A stretch of DNA of 57,581 nt from Eubacteriaceae bacterium (GCA_012838085.1 DUPX01000119.1:1-57581), one strand, 5' to 3'. Counted from the first letter of the stretch, positions 30,421 to 40,386 are shown. Numbers and translations are program-made. Notes: a model not told the origin generated them from the letters alone.

Positions 30421-30466
30421 AAAATAGCTTAGTAGAAAATCATTCTCTTCAGCTAAGCTATTTTTT
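30421..30466 (+). terminator. Intrinsic terminator after the C_GCAxxG_C_C gene
   Basis: AAAATAGCTTAG pairs with CTAAGCTATTTT, followed by a T-run. Confidence 0.7.
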
Positions 30467-30570
30467 AGATAAAAAAATGTATCTTATTTACTATAAAAGA
30501 CCATGTTTTTTGTTAATTGATTCCAATAATAGAGTTTTTAAAATTAATTTTATATCAAGGATAGAAATTA

Positions 30571-30617
30571 CTACTATATATGGTATAATAAGAAAATAAT
30601 ATACATATATAATGTGT
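30571..30617 (+). promoter_or_regulatory. Candidate tandem NrdR boxes overlapping the nrdJ promoter
   Basis: Two imperfect AT-rich palindromes resemble acaCwAtATaTwGtgt: CTACTATATATGGTAT at 30571..30586 and an element ending ATATATAATGTGT at 30617. Their centres are about 31 bp apart, and the first overlaps a TATAAT at 30584..30589. Confidence 0.45.
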
Positions 30618-30669
30618 TTTTATTTTTATACAGTAGCATGCTGTAGTAAATCATAAAGGAGGAGCTGAC

Positions 30670-33606
30670 TTGAGAGAACTACTGGTTAGAAAGTTTACCC
30701 AGGGATTGGAAGTAGAAAAAGGAAGAACGGTTTACGATTTATTTGAATGGAAGAATGTAGATGTATTTATGAAGAACTGGAAAACAGGTAAGATAATATT
30801 GGATATGAAGGATTTAGAATTTCCTGCTAACTATAGTCAAAATGCCTGTAATATTATTGCCAGTAAGTATTTTAGGAAGGCAGGAGTTCCAAATAAGGTA
30901 GGCTATGAAAGAAGTATGAAGGAAGTAACTGATAGGCTGGTGGGATTTTGGGCAGATGCCCTTATGGATGAAGGACTTATTGAAGATAAAAACCAATGGC
31001 AAATCTTTTATGATGAACTTGCCTATGCTTTTTTAAATCAGATGTGGGCACCTAATTCTCCCCAATGGTTTAATACAGGATTACAGAGAAGCTATGGCAT
31101 TTCCGGTACCCCTGATGGTCATTATTATTATGATGAAAAATTGGGAAAAGTAGTTGAAAGTAAGGATAGGTATACCCGAACTCAGGCATCAGCTTGCTTT
31201 ATAGTGTCTATTGCTGACCAATTAATGGGTAAACATTCCATATCCGAACAATATGTAACAGAAACAAAACTTTTTAAAGGAGGCTCAGGGGTTGGGACAA
31301 ACTTTTCTGCCCTTAGAGGAAAAAATGAATCCTTATCTAGTGGTGGTTTTTCCTCAGGCATGATGAGTTTTTTACAAGGATTGGATAAAAATGCTGGAGC
31401 AATAAAATCTGGAGGAACAACCCGAAGGGCGGCAAAAATGGTTATCGCTGATATTAATCATCCTGAAATTGAAGATTTTATAAAATGGAAGGCAAGGGAA
31501 GAACAAAAGGTAAGAGACTTAGGGAAGTTAGGCTATGACACTTCTATGGAGGGAGAGGCTTATCAAACAGTAGGGGGACAAAATAGTAATAATTCAGTAA
31601 GAGTTAATGGCGATTTTATGGAAAAGGTGGCAAACCTAGATAATAATCCAGAAGCCCAAATAGAATTAGTAGGTAGGGTGGATAATAGGATAAATAAAAA
31701 AGTAGATGTAAGGCATCTATGGAATCTTATAAATAAATCCGCTTGGGAATGTGCTGACCCTGGTCTTCAATTTGATGATAGGTTTAATGAATGGCATACT
31801 TGTCCTGCAGGTGAAGATGGAGAACTATGGGCGAAACACAATAGAATTAATGCCACAAACCCTTGTTCTGAATATGCTTTTTTGGATGACACCGCATGTA
31901 ACTTGGCCTCAATAAATGTGTATAGATTTTATAATGAAGAAAGAAACATTTTTGATGTGGAATCTTACATACACTTAATAGGCATTATGCAAATGGCTTT
32001 AGAAGCATCAATACATGGGGGACATTTCCCCACAGAAGATATTGCTCGAAAGAGCTATATGTTTAGAACTACAGGGGCAGGCCTAGCCAATACAGCTTCA
32101 TTATTTTTAGCTATGGGTTATCCCTATGATTCTGAAAAAAGCAGGAATTTAAATGCTGCCCTTGTAGGTATATTGACAGGTCATTCTTATTATACCTCCT
32201 CCCTTATGGCAAAAAAGGTTGGACCTTTTCCAAAGTATAGTATTAATAGCGATAGTATGAGAAGGGTAATTAGAAATCATGCTAGGGTGGCAGGGGCTTT
32301 AGATAGTACTTATGAAGGGTTGAGCTATCAGCCTATAGAAGTTGATCATGATATATTAAAAAGGGAAGGGCTAGACTATTTAAGTAATTCCTTGAGAAAT
32401 AGCTGGAAAAAGGCTATTGAAGCAGGAGAAAAGTATGGATATCGTAATGCCCAGGTTAGTGTGATTGCTCCAACAGGGACAATCTCCTTTGCCATGGACT
32501 GTGGTGCCACTTCTATTGAACCTTACTATAACCATGTTCTTCATAAGCAATTAATAGGTGGAGGAACAATGGAAATAGTAAATCCTATTTTAGAGATTGC
32601 ACTAAAGAATTTAAATTATTCTTCAGAAGAAATAATGGACATTATAAATTATTTGATGGAAAAAGATAATCAGGGAATGTTAGTCAATAGAAATATAAAA
32701 GATGCCCCCCATTTAAAGAAGGAGCACTTGAAAATTTTTAAAACTGCTAATGATATTTCACCGGAAGGTCATGTAATGATGGTGGCAGCAATAACCCCCT
32801 TAATAAGTGGCTCAGTATCTAAAACGGTAAACTTACCTAATAGCTCAACTATTGAAGATATTGAAAGAATAAATTTATTAGCCTGGAAAAAGGGAGTTAA
32901 AGCCATTGCAATTTATAGAGACGGATGTAAAGCTAGCCAACCACTATTATCAGGATCTAAAGCTGATAGGGAATTAACCTTTGAAGAGATGGATTATAAA
33001 GATTTATTAGAATATGCAAAGAATTGTAAGGATGAAATACCTACAAGGAAAAAGCCTGGAGGAATGAGGTCAGGTAGGACCCATGCAGCCAAAATAGGGG
33101 ATATAGAGCTATATGTAACTATAGGTTTTTATGAAGATGGTGGTATAGCAGAAATATTTGTATCTACCGATAAGGAAGGTACGGTAGTAAAAGGTTTATT
33201 AGCATCCTTGTCAAAGGCAATATCTAATATGCTCCAATATAATATCCCCCCAAAAGAAATCTCTAGGTTATTAAGGGGACAACAATATGAGCCATCAGGT
33301 TTTGTGGGCAGGCATCCTTATATAAAGTACGCCTCCTCCATATCAGATTTAGTAAGTAAGATGATAGATATAGAATTAGGTGACTTTACAAGATGTCAGG
33401 TAAAACCAGATAGTTTCCATTTTATAAATAAAAATAATTATAAAGAGGTGTTAGCAACAAAGGAAACACTTCAGGATATGTCCAAAGATATAGAGGGGGA
33501 AAGACTTTATGGGGAAATTTGCAGTAATTGTGGAAGCGATAATATGGTGATAAATGGTACCTGCAAAGTATGCAAAGATTGTGGTTCCACCACTGGATGT
33601 AGTTAA
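30670..33606 (+). CDS. nrdJ: Class II adenosylcobalamin-dependent ribonucleotide reductase
   Basis: 978 aa. Contains WAPNSPQWFNTG, active-site region NPCSEYAFLDDTACNLASIN, SKTVNLP and a C-terminal Zn ribbon CSNCGS...CKVCKDCGS. The TTG start follows an AAAGGAGG SD. Confidence 0.9.
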   Translation: MRELLVRKFTQGLEVEKGRTVYDLFEWKNVDVFMKNWKTGKIILDMKDLEFPANYSQNACNIIASKYFRKAGVPNKVGYERSMKEVTDRLVGFWADALMDEGLIEDKNQWQIFYDELAYAFLNQMWAPNSPQWFNTGLQRSYGISGTPDGHYYYDEKLGKVVESKDRYTRTQASACFIVSIADQLMGKHSISEQYVTETKLFKGGSGVGTNFSALRGKNESLSSGGFSSGMMSFLQGLDKNAGAIKSGGTTRRAAKMVIADINHPEIEDFIKWKAREEQKVRDLGKLGYDTSMEGEAYQTVGGQNSNNSVRVNGDFMEKVANLDNNPEAQIELVGRVDNRINKKVDVRHLWNLINKSAWECADPGLQFDDRFNEWHTCPAGEDGELWAKHNRINATNPCSEYAFLDDTACNLASINVYRFYNEERNIFDVESYIHLIGIMQMALEASIHGGHFPTEDIARKSYMFRTTGAGLANTASLFLAMGYPYDSEKSRNLNAALVGILTGHSYYTSSLMAKKVGPFPKYSINSDSMRRVIRNHARVAGALDSTYEGLSYQPIEVDHDILKREGLDYLSNSLRNSWKKAIEAGEKYGYRNAQVSVIAPTGTISFAMDCGATSIEPYYNHVLHKQLIGGGTMEIVNPILEIALKNLNYSSEEIMDIINYLMEKDNQGMLVNRNIKDAPHLKKEHLKIFKTANDISPEGHVMMVAAITPLISGSVSKTVNLPNSSTIEDIERINLLAWKKGVKAIAIYRDGCKASQPLLSGSKADRELTFEEMDYKDLLEYAKNCKDEIPTRKKPGGMRSGRTHAAKIGDIELYVTIGFYEDGGIAEIFVSTDKEGTVVKGLLASLSKAISNMLQYNIPPKEISRLLRGQQYEPSGFVGRHPYIKYASSISDLVSKMIDIELGDFTRCQVKPDSFHFINKNNYKEVLATKETLQDMSKDIEGERLYGEICSNCGSDNMVINGTCKVCKDCGSTTGCS

Positions 33607-33622
33607 TAGTTTAAAATATAGA

Positions 33623-33655
33623 CATGGTGATAAATAATTATTACCATGTTTTTTG
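33623..33655 (+). terminator. Intrinsic terminator after nrdJ
   Basis: ACATGGTGATA pairs with TATTACCATGT, followed by TTTTT. Confidence 0.75.
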
Positions 33656-33747
33656 TTTCTAAAATTTGATATTGGTCAATTTTTTTTATACATAGCCATG
33701 GTAATATAAGGTCACAATAATTAAAAGTTATAAAGGAGAGGACATTT

Positions 33748-34041
33748 ATGGGAAATTTTAAAGATATTTTAGAACAATATTTTAAAAAGTTAGAACTATA
33801 TATTCCAGTAGTGGAGCGAGTTCATGGAGAAAATCATCCGGAATTCTATGATGTACGGAAGCTATTTGATCAAATAGCACAAAAGATTGGGAATTTATCA
33901 AAGGATAAACCAAAACTAGATGGGGTGTTTAAGGAATTAAGAAAAATTACAGATAATTATACTGTACCTGAGGATGTATGTGAAAGTTATCAGGCAGTAT
34001 ATGAGATGTTGGCAGAACTGGACAGAGCATACCATAAATAA
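33748..34041 (+). CDS. Small hypothetical protein with RIC/hemerythrin-like VHGxxHPE motif
   Basis: 97 aa. VERVHGENHPEFYDVRKLF resembles the helix motif of YtfE/RIC di-iron proteins. Good AAGGAGAGG SD. Confidence 0.5.
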   Translation: MGNFKDILEQYFKKLELYIPVVERVHGENHPEFYDVRKLFDQIAQKIGNLSKDKPKLDGVFKELRKITDNYTVPEDVCESYQAVYEMLAELDRAYHK

Positions 34042-34179
34042 TTTGAAGTATTAATAAGCTAAATATAGATAAGACTTAATATTTGACAATCCTTTAGGAG
34101 CTATGAAAGTTTTTAATTAAGGAAAAATTTATGTAATAATAGGGGTAGAAAGATATTTTACTAAAAATGAGGTGTTAAA

Positions 34180-35367
34180 GTGGATAAAGAAAGAAATTAT
34201 AATTTTGAAACCCAAACAATCCATGGAGGGGGAGGGGAAAACGCTAATAATGCCTTAAATCCCCCAATATACCAAACCTCTACCTTTGTTTTTGATAATA
34301 TTGATCATGTTGAAAAGGTTATGTCCTTTGAAAGTGATGATTATGTCTATACCAGAGGTAATAATCCTACCCTAAGATTATTTGAAAAAAGAATGGCATT
34401 ATTAGAAAGAGGAAAATCAGCTGTAGCTTTTGCTTCAGGTATGGCAGCCATAAGCACTGTGTTATTTTCCTTTCTTAAACCTGGAGATAATCTTATTGGG
34501 CATAAAACTTTATATGGTTCAAGTTTTAGTGTTGTAAATAAATTGCTACCAGAATACAAGATAGACCGAAGGATAATTGATTTGGGTGACTTAGAAGTTC
34601 TTAAAGGGGCTATTGATAAAAATACTAAGGTTATATATTTTGAAACCCCCTCAAACCCAAACCTTACAATAGTAGATATTAAAGAAGTTTGCAATATAGC
34701 TAAAAAAAGAGGAGTTAAGGTGGTAGTAGACAATACCTTTGCAACACCATATTTTCAAAATCCTTTATCTTTAGGGGCAGATGTGGTTGTCCATAGTGCC
34801 ACTAAGTATATATCTGGTCATGGAGATACTATGGGGGGAGTGGCTATTTCAAAAGATGAAAATTATATCCAATATCTAAAATTCGATTATATGTGTGAAT
34901 TTGGTGGGGTAATGAGTCCTTTTAATGCTTGGCTCTTAATAAGGGGCCTTAAGACTCTAGCTATTAGAATGAAGCAACATGAGGAAAATGCTGTAAAGGT
35001 AGCTAACTTTTTAGTTAATCACCCAAAGATAAATAGAGTTTTTTATCCAGGTCTAAAGAATTTTCCTGGTTATGAAATCGCTCGTAGACAAATGAGAGGC
35101 TTTGGAGCCATGATAAGTTTCGAGATAAATGGGAATCTAGAAAATGCCAAAAAATTTGTAGATTCAGTAAAATTAGCTCAGCTTGCAGTGAGTTTAGGAG
35201 ATTGTGAAACCCTTATAGAATTACCTGCCGCAATGACCCACAGGGATTATCCTAAAGAAGAATTATCCAACTATGGGCTAACAGAAAGCATGGTAAGAAT
35301 CTCAGTAGGGCTAGAACATGTTGATGATATTATTAAGGATCTCAATAATGGATTAAAAAATATTTAG
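34180..35367 (+). CDS. PLP-dependent Cys/Met-metabolism enzyme, methionine gamma-lyase-like
   Basis: Trans-sulfuration family layout with SATKYISGHGD (PLP lysine) and DNTFATPY. The GTG start follows a GAGGTG SD. Confidence 0.8.
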   Translation: MDKERNYNFETQTIHGGGGENANNALNPPIYQTSTFVFDNIDHVEKVMSFESDDYVYTRGNNPTLRLFEKRMALLERGKSAVAFASGMAAISTVLFSFLKPGDNLIGHKTLYGSSFSVVNKLLPEYKIDRRIIDLGDLEVLKGAIDKNTKVIYFETPSNPNLTIVDIKEVCNIAKKRGVKVVVDNTFATPYFQNPLSLGADVVVHSATKYISGHGDTMGGVAISKDENYIQYLKFDYMCEFGGVMSPFNAWLLIRGLKTLAIRMKQHEENAVKVANFLVNHPKINRVFYPGLKNFPGYEIARRQMRGFGAMISFEINGNLENAKKFVDSVKLAQLAVSLGDCETLIELPAAMTHRDYPKEELSNYGLTESMVRISVGLEHVDDIIKDLNNGLKNI

Positions 35368-35447
35368 CCCTAAATCAATGATTTTATTTTAGATACTTGG
35401 GTAAGTTTAACAATAGAAAAGTAAATCATGGAACTTAAGGAGGAAAG

Positions 35448-35675
35448 ATGGGTAAACAAGTAGATCTAAATAAATCAATATTTGATATATCAAAGGAGAA
35501 TCCTGAGATAATTGAAATTATGAAAGAAATAGGTTTCACTGATATAGCTAAAACCGGAATGATTAACACAGTAGGCAAAGTTATGACAATAGCAAAAGGA
35601 TCTAGAATAAAAAACATAGACTTAGATTATATAAAAGCAATATTTGTAAAAAAAGGCTATAAAATTATAGATTAA
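35448..35675 (+). CDS. DUF1858 domain protein
   Basis: 75 aa. It resembles the small DUF1858 proteins that commonly precede DUF438 genes. AAGGAGG SD. Confidence 0.6.
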   Translation: MGKQVDLNKSIFDISKENPEIIEIMKEIGFTDIAKTGMINTVGKVMTIAKGSRIKNIDLDYIKAIFVKKGYKIID

Positions 35676-35688
35676 AGGAGGAATAATA

Positions 35689-36909
35689 GTGAGTGAGTTA
35701 ATTAATAATAGGGAACACCGAAAAAAAGCATTAAAGGAAATGATATTAGAACTACATGATGGTAAAACCTTAGAAGATGTGAAACCAAGATTTGAAAAAT
35801 TATTTGGTGGAGTTTCTGCTAAAGAAATTGCAGATATTGAGCAAGAAATAATTATGGAAGGAATGCCAGTAGAAGAAGTTCAACGTCTTTGTAATGTTCA
35901 TGCGGCAGTATTTAAAGGTTCTATAGAAGATATACATAAGGATACAAAGGAAATCCCTGGTCATCCCATTCATACTTTTATGCTGGAGAATAGAGCTATA
36001 GAAAAATTAATACAGGACAATATGGAAGTTCATTTAAAGGACTTTTATAGTAATCCAAATAAAGATAATGTGAATGCTTTACGAGAGGATTTAAACTTAC
36101 TCTATGATGTAGATAAACATTATAGCAGAAAGGAAAATTTAATTTTCCCTTACTTAGAAAAATATGGGATTACCGCCCCGCCAAAGGTAATGTGGGGGGT
36201 TCACGATGAGATTAGGGATAGAATAAAGGAGGTAAAATCTTTATTAGTAGAAAAGGAATTAGATAAGGTTGTTATAAAGAACAAAATTGAAGATTTAATC
36301 TTTGAAGTAAATGAAATGATTTTTAAAGAAGAAAGCATACTATTCCCAATGACTATTGATAATCTAACCCAGGATGAATGGATTACTATAGCGGAAGAAA
36401 GTGAAGAAATTGGTTATTGTTTGACCAGTCCAACAGAAAAGTGGAAACCAGAAAGATATATTCCTGACAGCCAAGAAGTGGAGGAAACTACTAAGGAGGA
36501 TAGTGGATATATCAAGTTTGAAACTGGTTTTTTAACTCCAAAGGAAATAAGTTTAATATTTAATAATCTTCCTGTAGATATAACCTTTGTAGATAAAAAT
36601 GACATTGTAAAATATTTTTCCCAGGCAAAAGAAAGAATATTTGCTAGGACAAAATCAGTTATAGGTAGGGAAGTATCTAATTGTCATCCCCCTGCAAGTG
36701 TACATGTGGTAGAAGATATAGTAAAGGACTTTAAGAGTGGTAAAAAGGATAGCGAAGAGTTCTGGATTCAAATGGGAGATTTGTTTGTATATATTAGATA
36801 TTTTGCAGTTAGAGATGAAAATGGAGAGTATATAGGTACCCTAGAAGTAAGCCAAAATATCAAACCAATACAAGAAATAAAGGGCGAAAAAAGGTTATTA
36901 GAAGAATAA
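35689..36909 (+). CDS. DUF438 protein (hemerythrin-like cation-binding + PAS-like domains)
   Basis: 406 aa. The N-terminal DUF438 region is followed by hemerythrin-like H/E-rich helices (GHPIHTFMLENR, HYSRKENLIFPYLE) and a C-terminal PAS-like region. The GTG start follows an AAAGGAGG SD. Confidence 0.65.
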   Translation: MSELINNREHRKKALKEMILELHDGKTLEDVKPRFEKLFGGVSAKEIADIEQEIIMEGMPVEEVQRLCNVHAAVFKGSIEDIHKDTKEIPGHPIHTFMLENRAIEKLIQDNMEVHLKDFYSNPNKDNVNALREDLNLLYDVDKHYSRKENLIFPYLEKYGITAPPKVMWGVHDEIRDRIKEVKSLLVEKELDKVVIKNKIEDLIFEVNEMIFKEESILFPMTIDNLTQDEWITIAEESEEIGYCLTSPTEKWKPERYIPDSQEVEETTKEDSGYIKFETGFLTPKEISLIFNNLPVDITFVDKNDIVKYFSQAKERIFARTKSVIGREVSNCHPPASVHVVEDIVKDFKSGKKDSEEFWIQMGDLFVYIRYFAVRDENGEYIGTLEVSQNIKPIQEIKGEKRLLEE

Positions 36910-36922
36910 TATAAAGTAAATT

Positions 36923-36958
36923 ATTAAAGGATTTAGTTTAACAACTAAATCCTTTAAT
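36923..36958. terminator. Bidirectional terminator between the DUF438 gene and folT
   Basis: 16-bp perfect stem ATTAAAGGATTTAGTT / AACTAAATCCTTTAAT with a TAAC loop. Confidence 0.75.
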
Positions 36959-36960
36959 AA

Positions 36961-37470
36961 TTATAATGCAAATAATTTTTTTTGGATTTTTTCCCCCATA
37001 TACTTCCAAGTAAAATAGATAATAAAGATTTGAATAGGAAAAATAATTATTTCTTTAATAATTCTTGCCATAAATAATACTAGATATGCTTTTCCCGTAA
37101 TAATAGAAATCCAAAGGGTATTTAGGCCTATATTAACAAATATTGTGATTATTAGCACTGATATTGCTATGTTGAAGTAGGATTTTGGTCTATTATATAA
37201 GAAAACACCATAAGTTATACCCCCTAAAAAGGCACTTAAAGTGAAGCCGGGGAAATAGGGTCCTTTAGGAAAGATAATCATACCTAAAACATCTGCGATG
37301 GCAGCGGCAATACCTCCGATTATAGGACCAAATAATATTGAGGTTAAAGCTACAGCTATAAAACCAAAACCAATACGAATTATGGCAGTTTCAATGGCGA
37401 AAAAACGAGTTAAAATAATCTCTATTGATATTAATACACCAATAAAGACTAGGGATCTTGTGTTATTCAT
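36961..37470 (-). CDS. folT: ECF-transporter S component for folate (FolT)
   Basis: 169-aa, 5-6 TM protein (IRIGFGFIAVALTSILFGPIIGGIAAAIADVLG) preceded by a THF riboswitch. Confidence 0.8.
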   Translation of the reverse strand: MNNTRSLVFIGVLISIEIILTRFFAIETAIIRIGFGFIAVALTSILFGPIIGGIAAAIADVLGMIIFPKGPYFPGFTLSAFLGGITYGVFLYNRPKSYFNIAISVLIITIFVNIGLNTLWISIITGKAYLVLFMARIIKEIIIFPIQIFIIYFTWKYMGEKIQKKLFAL

Positions 37471-37532
37471 CCATAAACCTCCTCTCTAATATTTATAAAA
37501 CGACATCCGTCACTTAAAGAGGAATCTTTAGT

Positions 37533-37632
37533 GACAGCGGAATGCGATATAGGCACCGCAAACTCATAGAGTTTTTCGTCTAGTGGCAACTTCCCGTCCA
37601 ACTAGCACTTAACGCGCCTAAACCTACTCTGT
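37533..37632 (-). promoter_or_regulatory. THF (tetrahydrofolate) riboswitch aptamer
   Basis: The minus strand reads AGAGTAGGTTTAGGCGCGTTAAGTGCTAGTTGGACGGGAAGTTGCCACTAGACGAAAAACTC...TTTGCGGTGCCTATATCGCATTCCGCTGTC. The conserved blocks AGAGUAG, GCGCGUUAAGUG, GGAxGGGA, ACGAA, GCGGUG and CCGCU appear in the expected order. Confidence 0.8.
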
Positions 37633-37760
37633 CATTTTCATTTTATGGATGTAATTATTATAAGTTTTAAATGTATATTAATCAAGATAAATTTAATAAC
37701 AGCAGGTGATGAATTATAGCACCTACTTGTATTAAGGAGAGTGTTTAGAGAATAGAGAAT

Positions 37761-37790
37761 AAAAAAACCTGCTATCTTTTTTAGCAGGCT
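37761..37790 (-). terminator. Terminator downstream of tRNA-Ala
   Basis: On the minus strand: CCTGCTA-AAAAAGA-TAGCAGG followed by T7. Confidence 0.7.
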
Positions 37791-37802
37791 ACTTATCTTT
37801 AG

Positions 37803-37878
37803 TGGTGGAGATAAGGGGATTCGAACCCCTGACCTTCTGACTGCCAGTCAGACGCGCTCCCAGCTGCGCCATATCCCC
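37803..37878 (-). tRNA. tRNA-Ala (anticodon GGC)
   Basis: The minus strand reads GGGGATATGGCGCAGCTGGGAGCGCGTCTGACTGGCAGTCAGAAGGTCAGGGGTTCGAATCCCCTTATCTCCACCA. It has a G3:U70 pair, anticodon loop CUGGCAG, a GGTTCGAAT T-loop and an encoded CCA. Confidence 0.9.
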
Positions 37879-38042
37879 AAAATTACAAAATTAATTATAC
37901 TATGAATTTTAGTATAAAGCAAGGGGACAAAGAAAAACACTCTAGATTGTCTAAATAGGTATAGGAATCGAATGCTATTTGATTGACAAACCTTGTAGTA
38001 TATTAGAAAATAATATGAAAGATGACGAATGGGAGGCTAACA

Positions 38043-38978
38043 ATGGATATTGGTTATAAAAAAGGTTACTCTGCAGCAATATTTCATACCATAATAACTG
38101 GTCTATCTTTTTTATTTGGGAAGATTGCACTAGAGAGTTCTAATCCACTGGATATATTGGCCTATCGCTATGCTGTAGCATTTTTAGGAGTTATTATCTT
38201 CTTTATATTTAAGCCAGTCAAACTTAATTACACAAAAGAAAATATTTTTAAGATACTACCTTTAACGATATTATATCCTCTATTATTTTTTTCTTTTCAA
38301 ACCTTTGGACTTCAGTATACCTCTTCTTCAGAAGCTGGAATCTTTTTAGCTATGGTACCAATACTTACCTTAATAATGGCAGATATTTTTTTAAAGGAAA
38401 AAACTACATTACTACAGAAAATATCAATTTTACTTTCAGTTATAGGTGTTATATATATTACACTTATGAAAGGTTCTAATTTAGGATTTAGTAATATCAA
38501 AGGTATAGTATTTCTAATTATCTCAACATTAGCATATTCAGGATATAATGTTTTAGCTAGGAACTTAACAAAAGAATTCACTAGCATAGAGCTAAGCTAT
38601 ATGATGATTACCATTAGTTTTATTAGCTTTAACTTACTATCAATTATTCGCAATTTATTATATGGCACAATATCTAATTATTTTTTACCTTTACAAAATT
38701 TAAGATTTACTATAGCAATTATATATTTAGGTATACTATCATCTCTAATATCTTCCCTATTATCTAATTATGCTTTATCTAAAATTAAGGCCTCTGAGAT
38801 GAGTGTATTTGCCAATCTTGGCACAGTTATATCCATACTGGCTGGTGTGATTTTTTTAAAAGAAAAGGTATTTTATTATCATATCATAGGTTCTATTTTA
38901 ATTATTGGAGGGGTTTTAGGGACAAACTTCTTGGATAAAATAGTTTTAAAAGATATTCAAGATGCTTTAAAAAAATAA
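38043..38978 (+). CDS. DMT-superfamily (EamA-type) transporter
   Basis: 10-TM protein with two EamA-like halves. I prefer the ATG at 38043, which follows a GGGAGG SD. Confidence 0.75.
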   Translation: MDIGYKKGYSAAIFHTIITGLSFLFGKIALESSNPLDILAYRYAVAFLGVIIFFIFKPVKLNYTKENIFKILPLTILYPLLFFSFQTFGLQYTSSSEAGIFLAMVPILTLIMADIFLKEKTTLLQKISILLSVIGVIYITLMKGSNLGFSNIKGIVFLIISTLAYSGYNVLARNLTKEFTSIELSYMMITISFISFNLLSIIRNLLYGTISNYFLPLQNLRFTIAIIYLGILSSLISSLLSNYALSKIKASEMSVFANLGTVISILAGVIFLKEKVFYYHIIGSILIIGGVLGTNFLDKIVLKDIQDALKK

Positions 38979-39016
38979 CAGATTATGTTTTAGCCTGTTT
39001 AGATATTTTCGGGAAA

Positions 39017-39208
39017 TTACTCACTGGATTTTAAATGCTTTTTATCTGGGAGATTTATATCCTTTGAATTAGCAAATTTTTCCCCTGCAATTATATCTAC
39101 ATCATCAATAGGACTCCAGGGGAAAAATAATGCATTTGTATTTCGTTTTGGTACAGAATCACCATAGTCATTAGTTGCTGATAAAATTTTCCTTATACTT
39201 TCACTCAT
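39017..39208 (-). CDS. Hypothetical small protein
   Basis: 63 aa. A GGAG SD lies about 8 nt upstream of the ATG. No recognisable motif. Confidence 0.4.
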   Translation of the reverse strand: MSESIRKILSATNDYGDSVPKRNTNALFFPWSPIDDVDIIAGEKFANSKDINLPDKKHLKSSE

Positions 39209-39359
39209 AATATCATCTCCAATTATTTTAAATTTAGATTATTTTGCTCCATAATGGATTAATTATTCATTAATTTAATTGACATTAAATAATAATAAGG
39301 ATATTTTAGAGTAAATAGTATTGGTCAAAATAATAGCCAAAATACAGGAGGTAAAGATA

Positions 39360-40232
39360 ATGAAACTATTGCATTTTAAAAAGTTTAATGAAGTAGGAAT
39401 TGGGTTATTAACTAAGAAGGGGATTTTAGATATTAAAAGTGCAGGAGAAGAGTTTAAAGAAGAATTTCCTGATGATTTAGATGATTTGATTAAAAATGTT
39501 AAATTACTAGAAAAAATAAAAGAATTAGAGGAGAAGGTTTCCAATTATTCATCATTATATTTACGTGAAGAAGATCTAGAATTCTTACCTGTTATTTTAA
39601 ATCCTGAAAAAATAATTTGTGTTGGTGCTAACTATCTTAAGCATGCTATAGAAGGAGATTTTGAAATAGCAAAACATCCAGTATTATTTAATAAATATAA
39701 TAATGCCTTAGCAGCACATAATCAGGAAATTGAGATACCTAAGGGAAGTAAAGAAATTGATTATGAAGGAGAGTTGGTAATAGTTATAGGCAAAGAAGGA
39801 AAAGATATAGAAGAGAGAGATGGGCTAGACTATGTCTTTGGTTATAGTATAGGTAATGATTTAACTGATAGGGAATTGCAAAGAAGATCTACTCAGTGGA
39901 TGTTAGGAAAATCATTAGATAAATTTGGACCTATAGGCCCTTATGTGGTTACAAGGGAAGAAATAGACCCTTCAAAATTAAAAATAGAAACTAGGGTTAA
40001 TGGAGAACTACGACAATCCTCCACTACAGAGGATATGATTTTTAATTGTGAAACTATTGTTAGTTATATCTCTAAATATATTACATTAAAACCTGGTGAT
40101 TTGATATTTACCGGTACTCCTGAAGGAGTGATACTTGGATATCCAAAGGAAAAACAGATTTGGTTAAAACCAGGGGATAAGATAGAGGTGACTATAGAAA
40201 AAATCGGAACTCTAATAAACACCTTAAAGTAA
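39360..40232 (+). CDS. Fumarylacetoacetate hydrolase (FAH) family protein
   Basis: IICVGANY, DYEGELVIVIGK and GDLIFTGTPEGV motifs. I prefer the ATG at 39360, which follows an AGGAGG SD. Confidence 0.85.
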   Translation: MKLLHFKKFNEVGIGLLTKKGILDIKSAGEEFKEEFPDDLDDLIKNVKLLEKIKELEEKVSNYSSLYLREEDLEFLPVILNPEKIICVGANYLKHAIEGDFEIAKHPVLFNKYNNALAAHNQEIEIPKGSKEIDYEGELVIVIGKEGKDIEERDGLDYVFGYSIGNDLTDRELQRRSTQWMLGKSLDKFGPIGPYVVTREEIDPSKLKIETRVNGELRQSSTTEDMIFNCETIVSYISKYITLKPGDLIFTGTPEGVILGYPKEKQIWLKPGDKIEVTIEKIGTLINTLK

Positions 40233-40386
40233 AGAAATGTGGCTTATATCCTAGGCCACTTTTTCTTTATTCTATAAGTTTTATGATTTTCCACCTTTTA
40301 AAGAGTTTTTATCCATTAAAATTATTAAAAGAAATATGTAACAAATTCTTTAGAAATGCTACTAATTATATGAAAGGGGGATGTAA

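Noticed and set aside
30408-30669. Cobalamin riboswitch upstream of nrdJ, and likewise upstream of the FecCD-type importer at 42236..42416
   Set aside because: Neither region has the conserved B12-box or core elements (GGGAA...GGTG...GCCACTG in order). Both are AT-rich with only promoter- or operator-like features.
271-39359. N-terminal extensions in the ORF track (starts at 271, 1912, 2186, 5067, 7450, 11435, 25777, 38022 and 39321)
   Set aside because: In each case an internal start codon with a properly spaced SD gives the canonical family N-terminus. The extensions have no SD and run into promoter or leader sequence.
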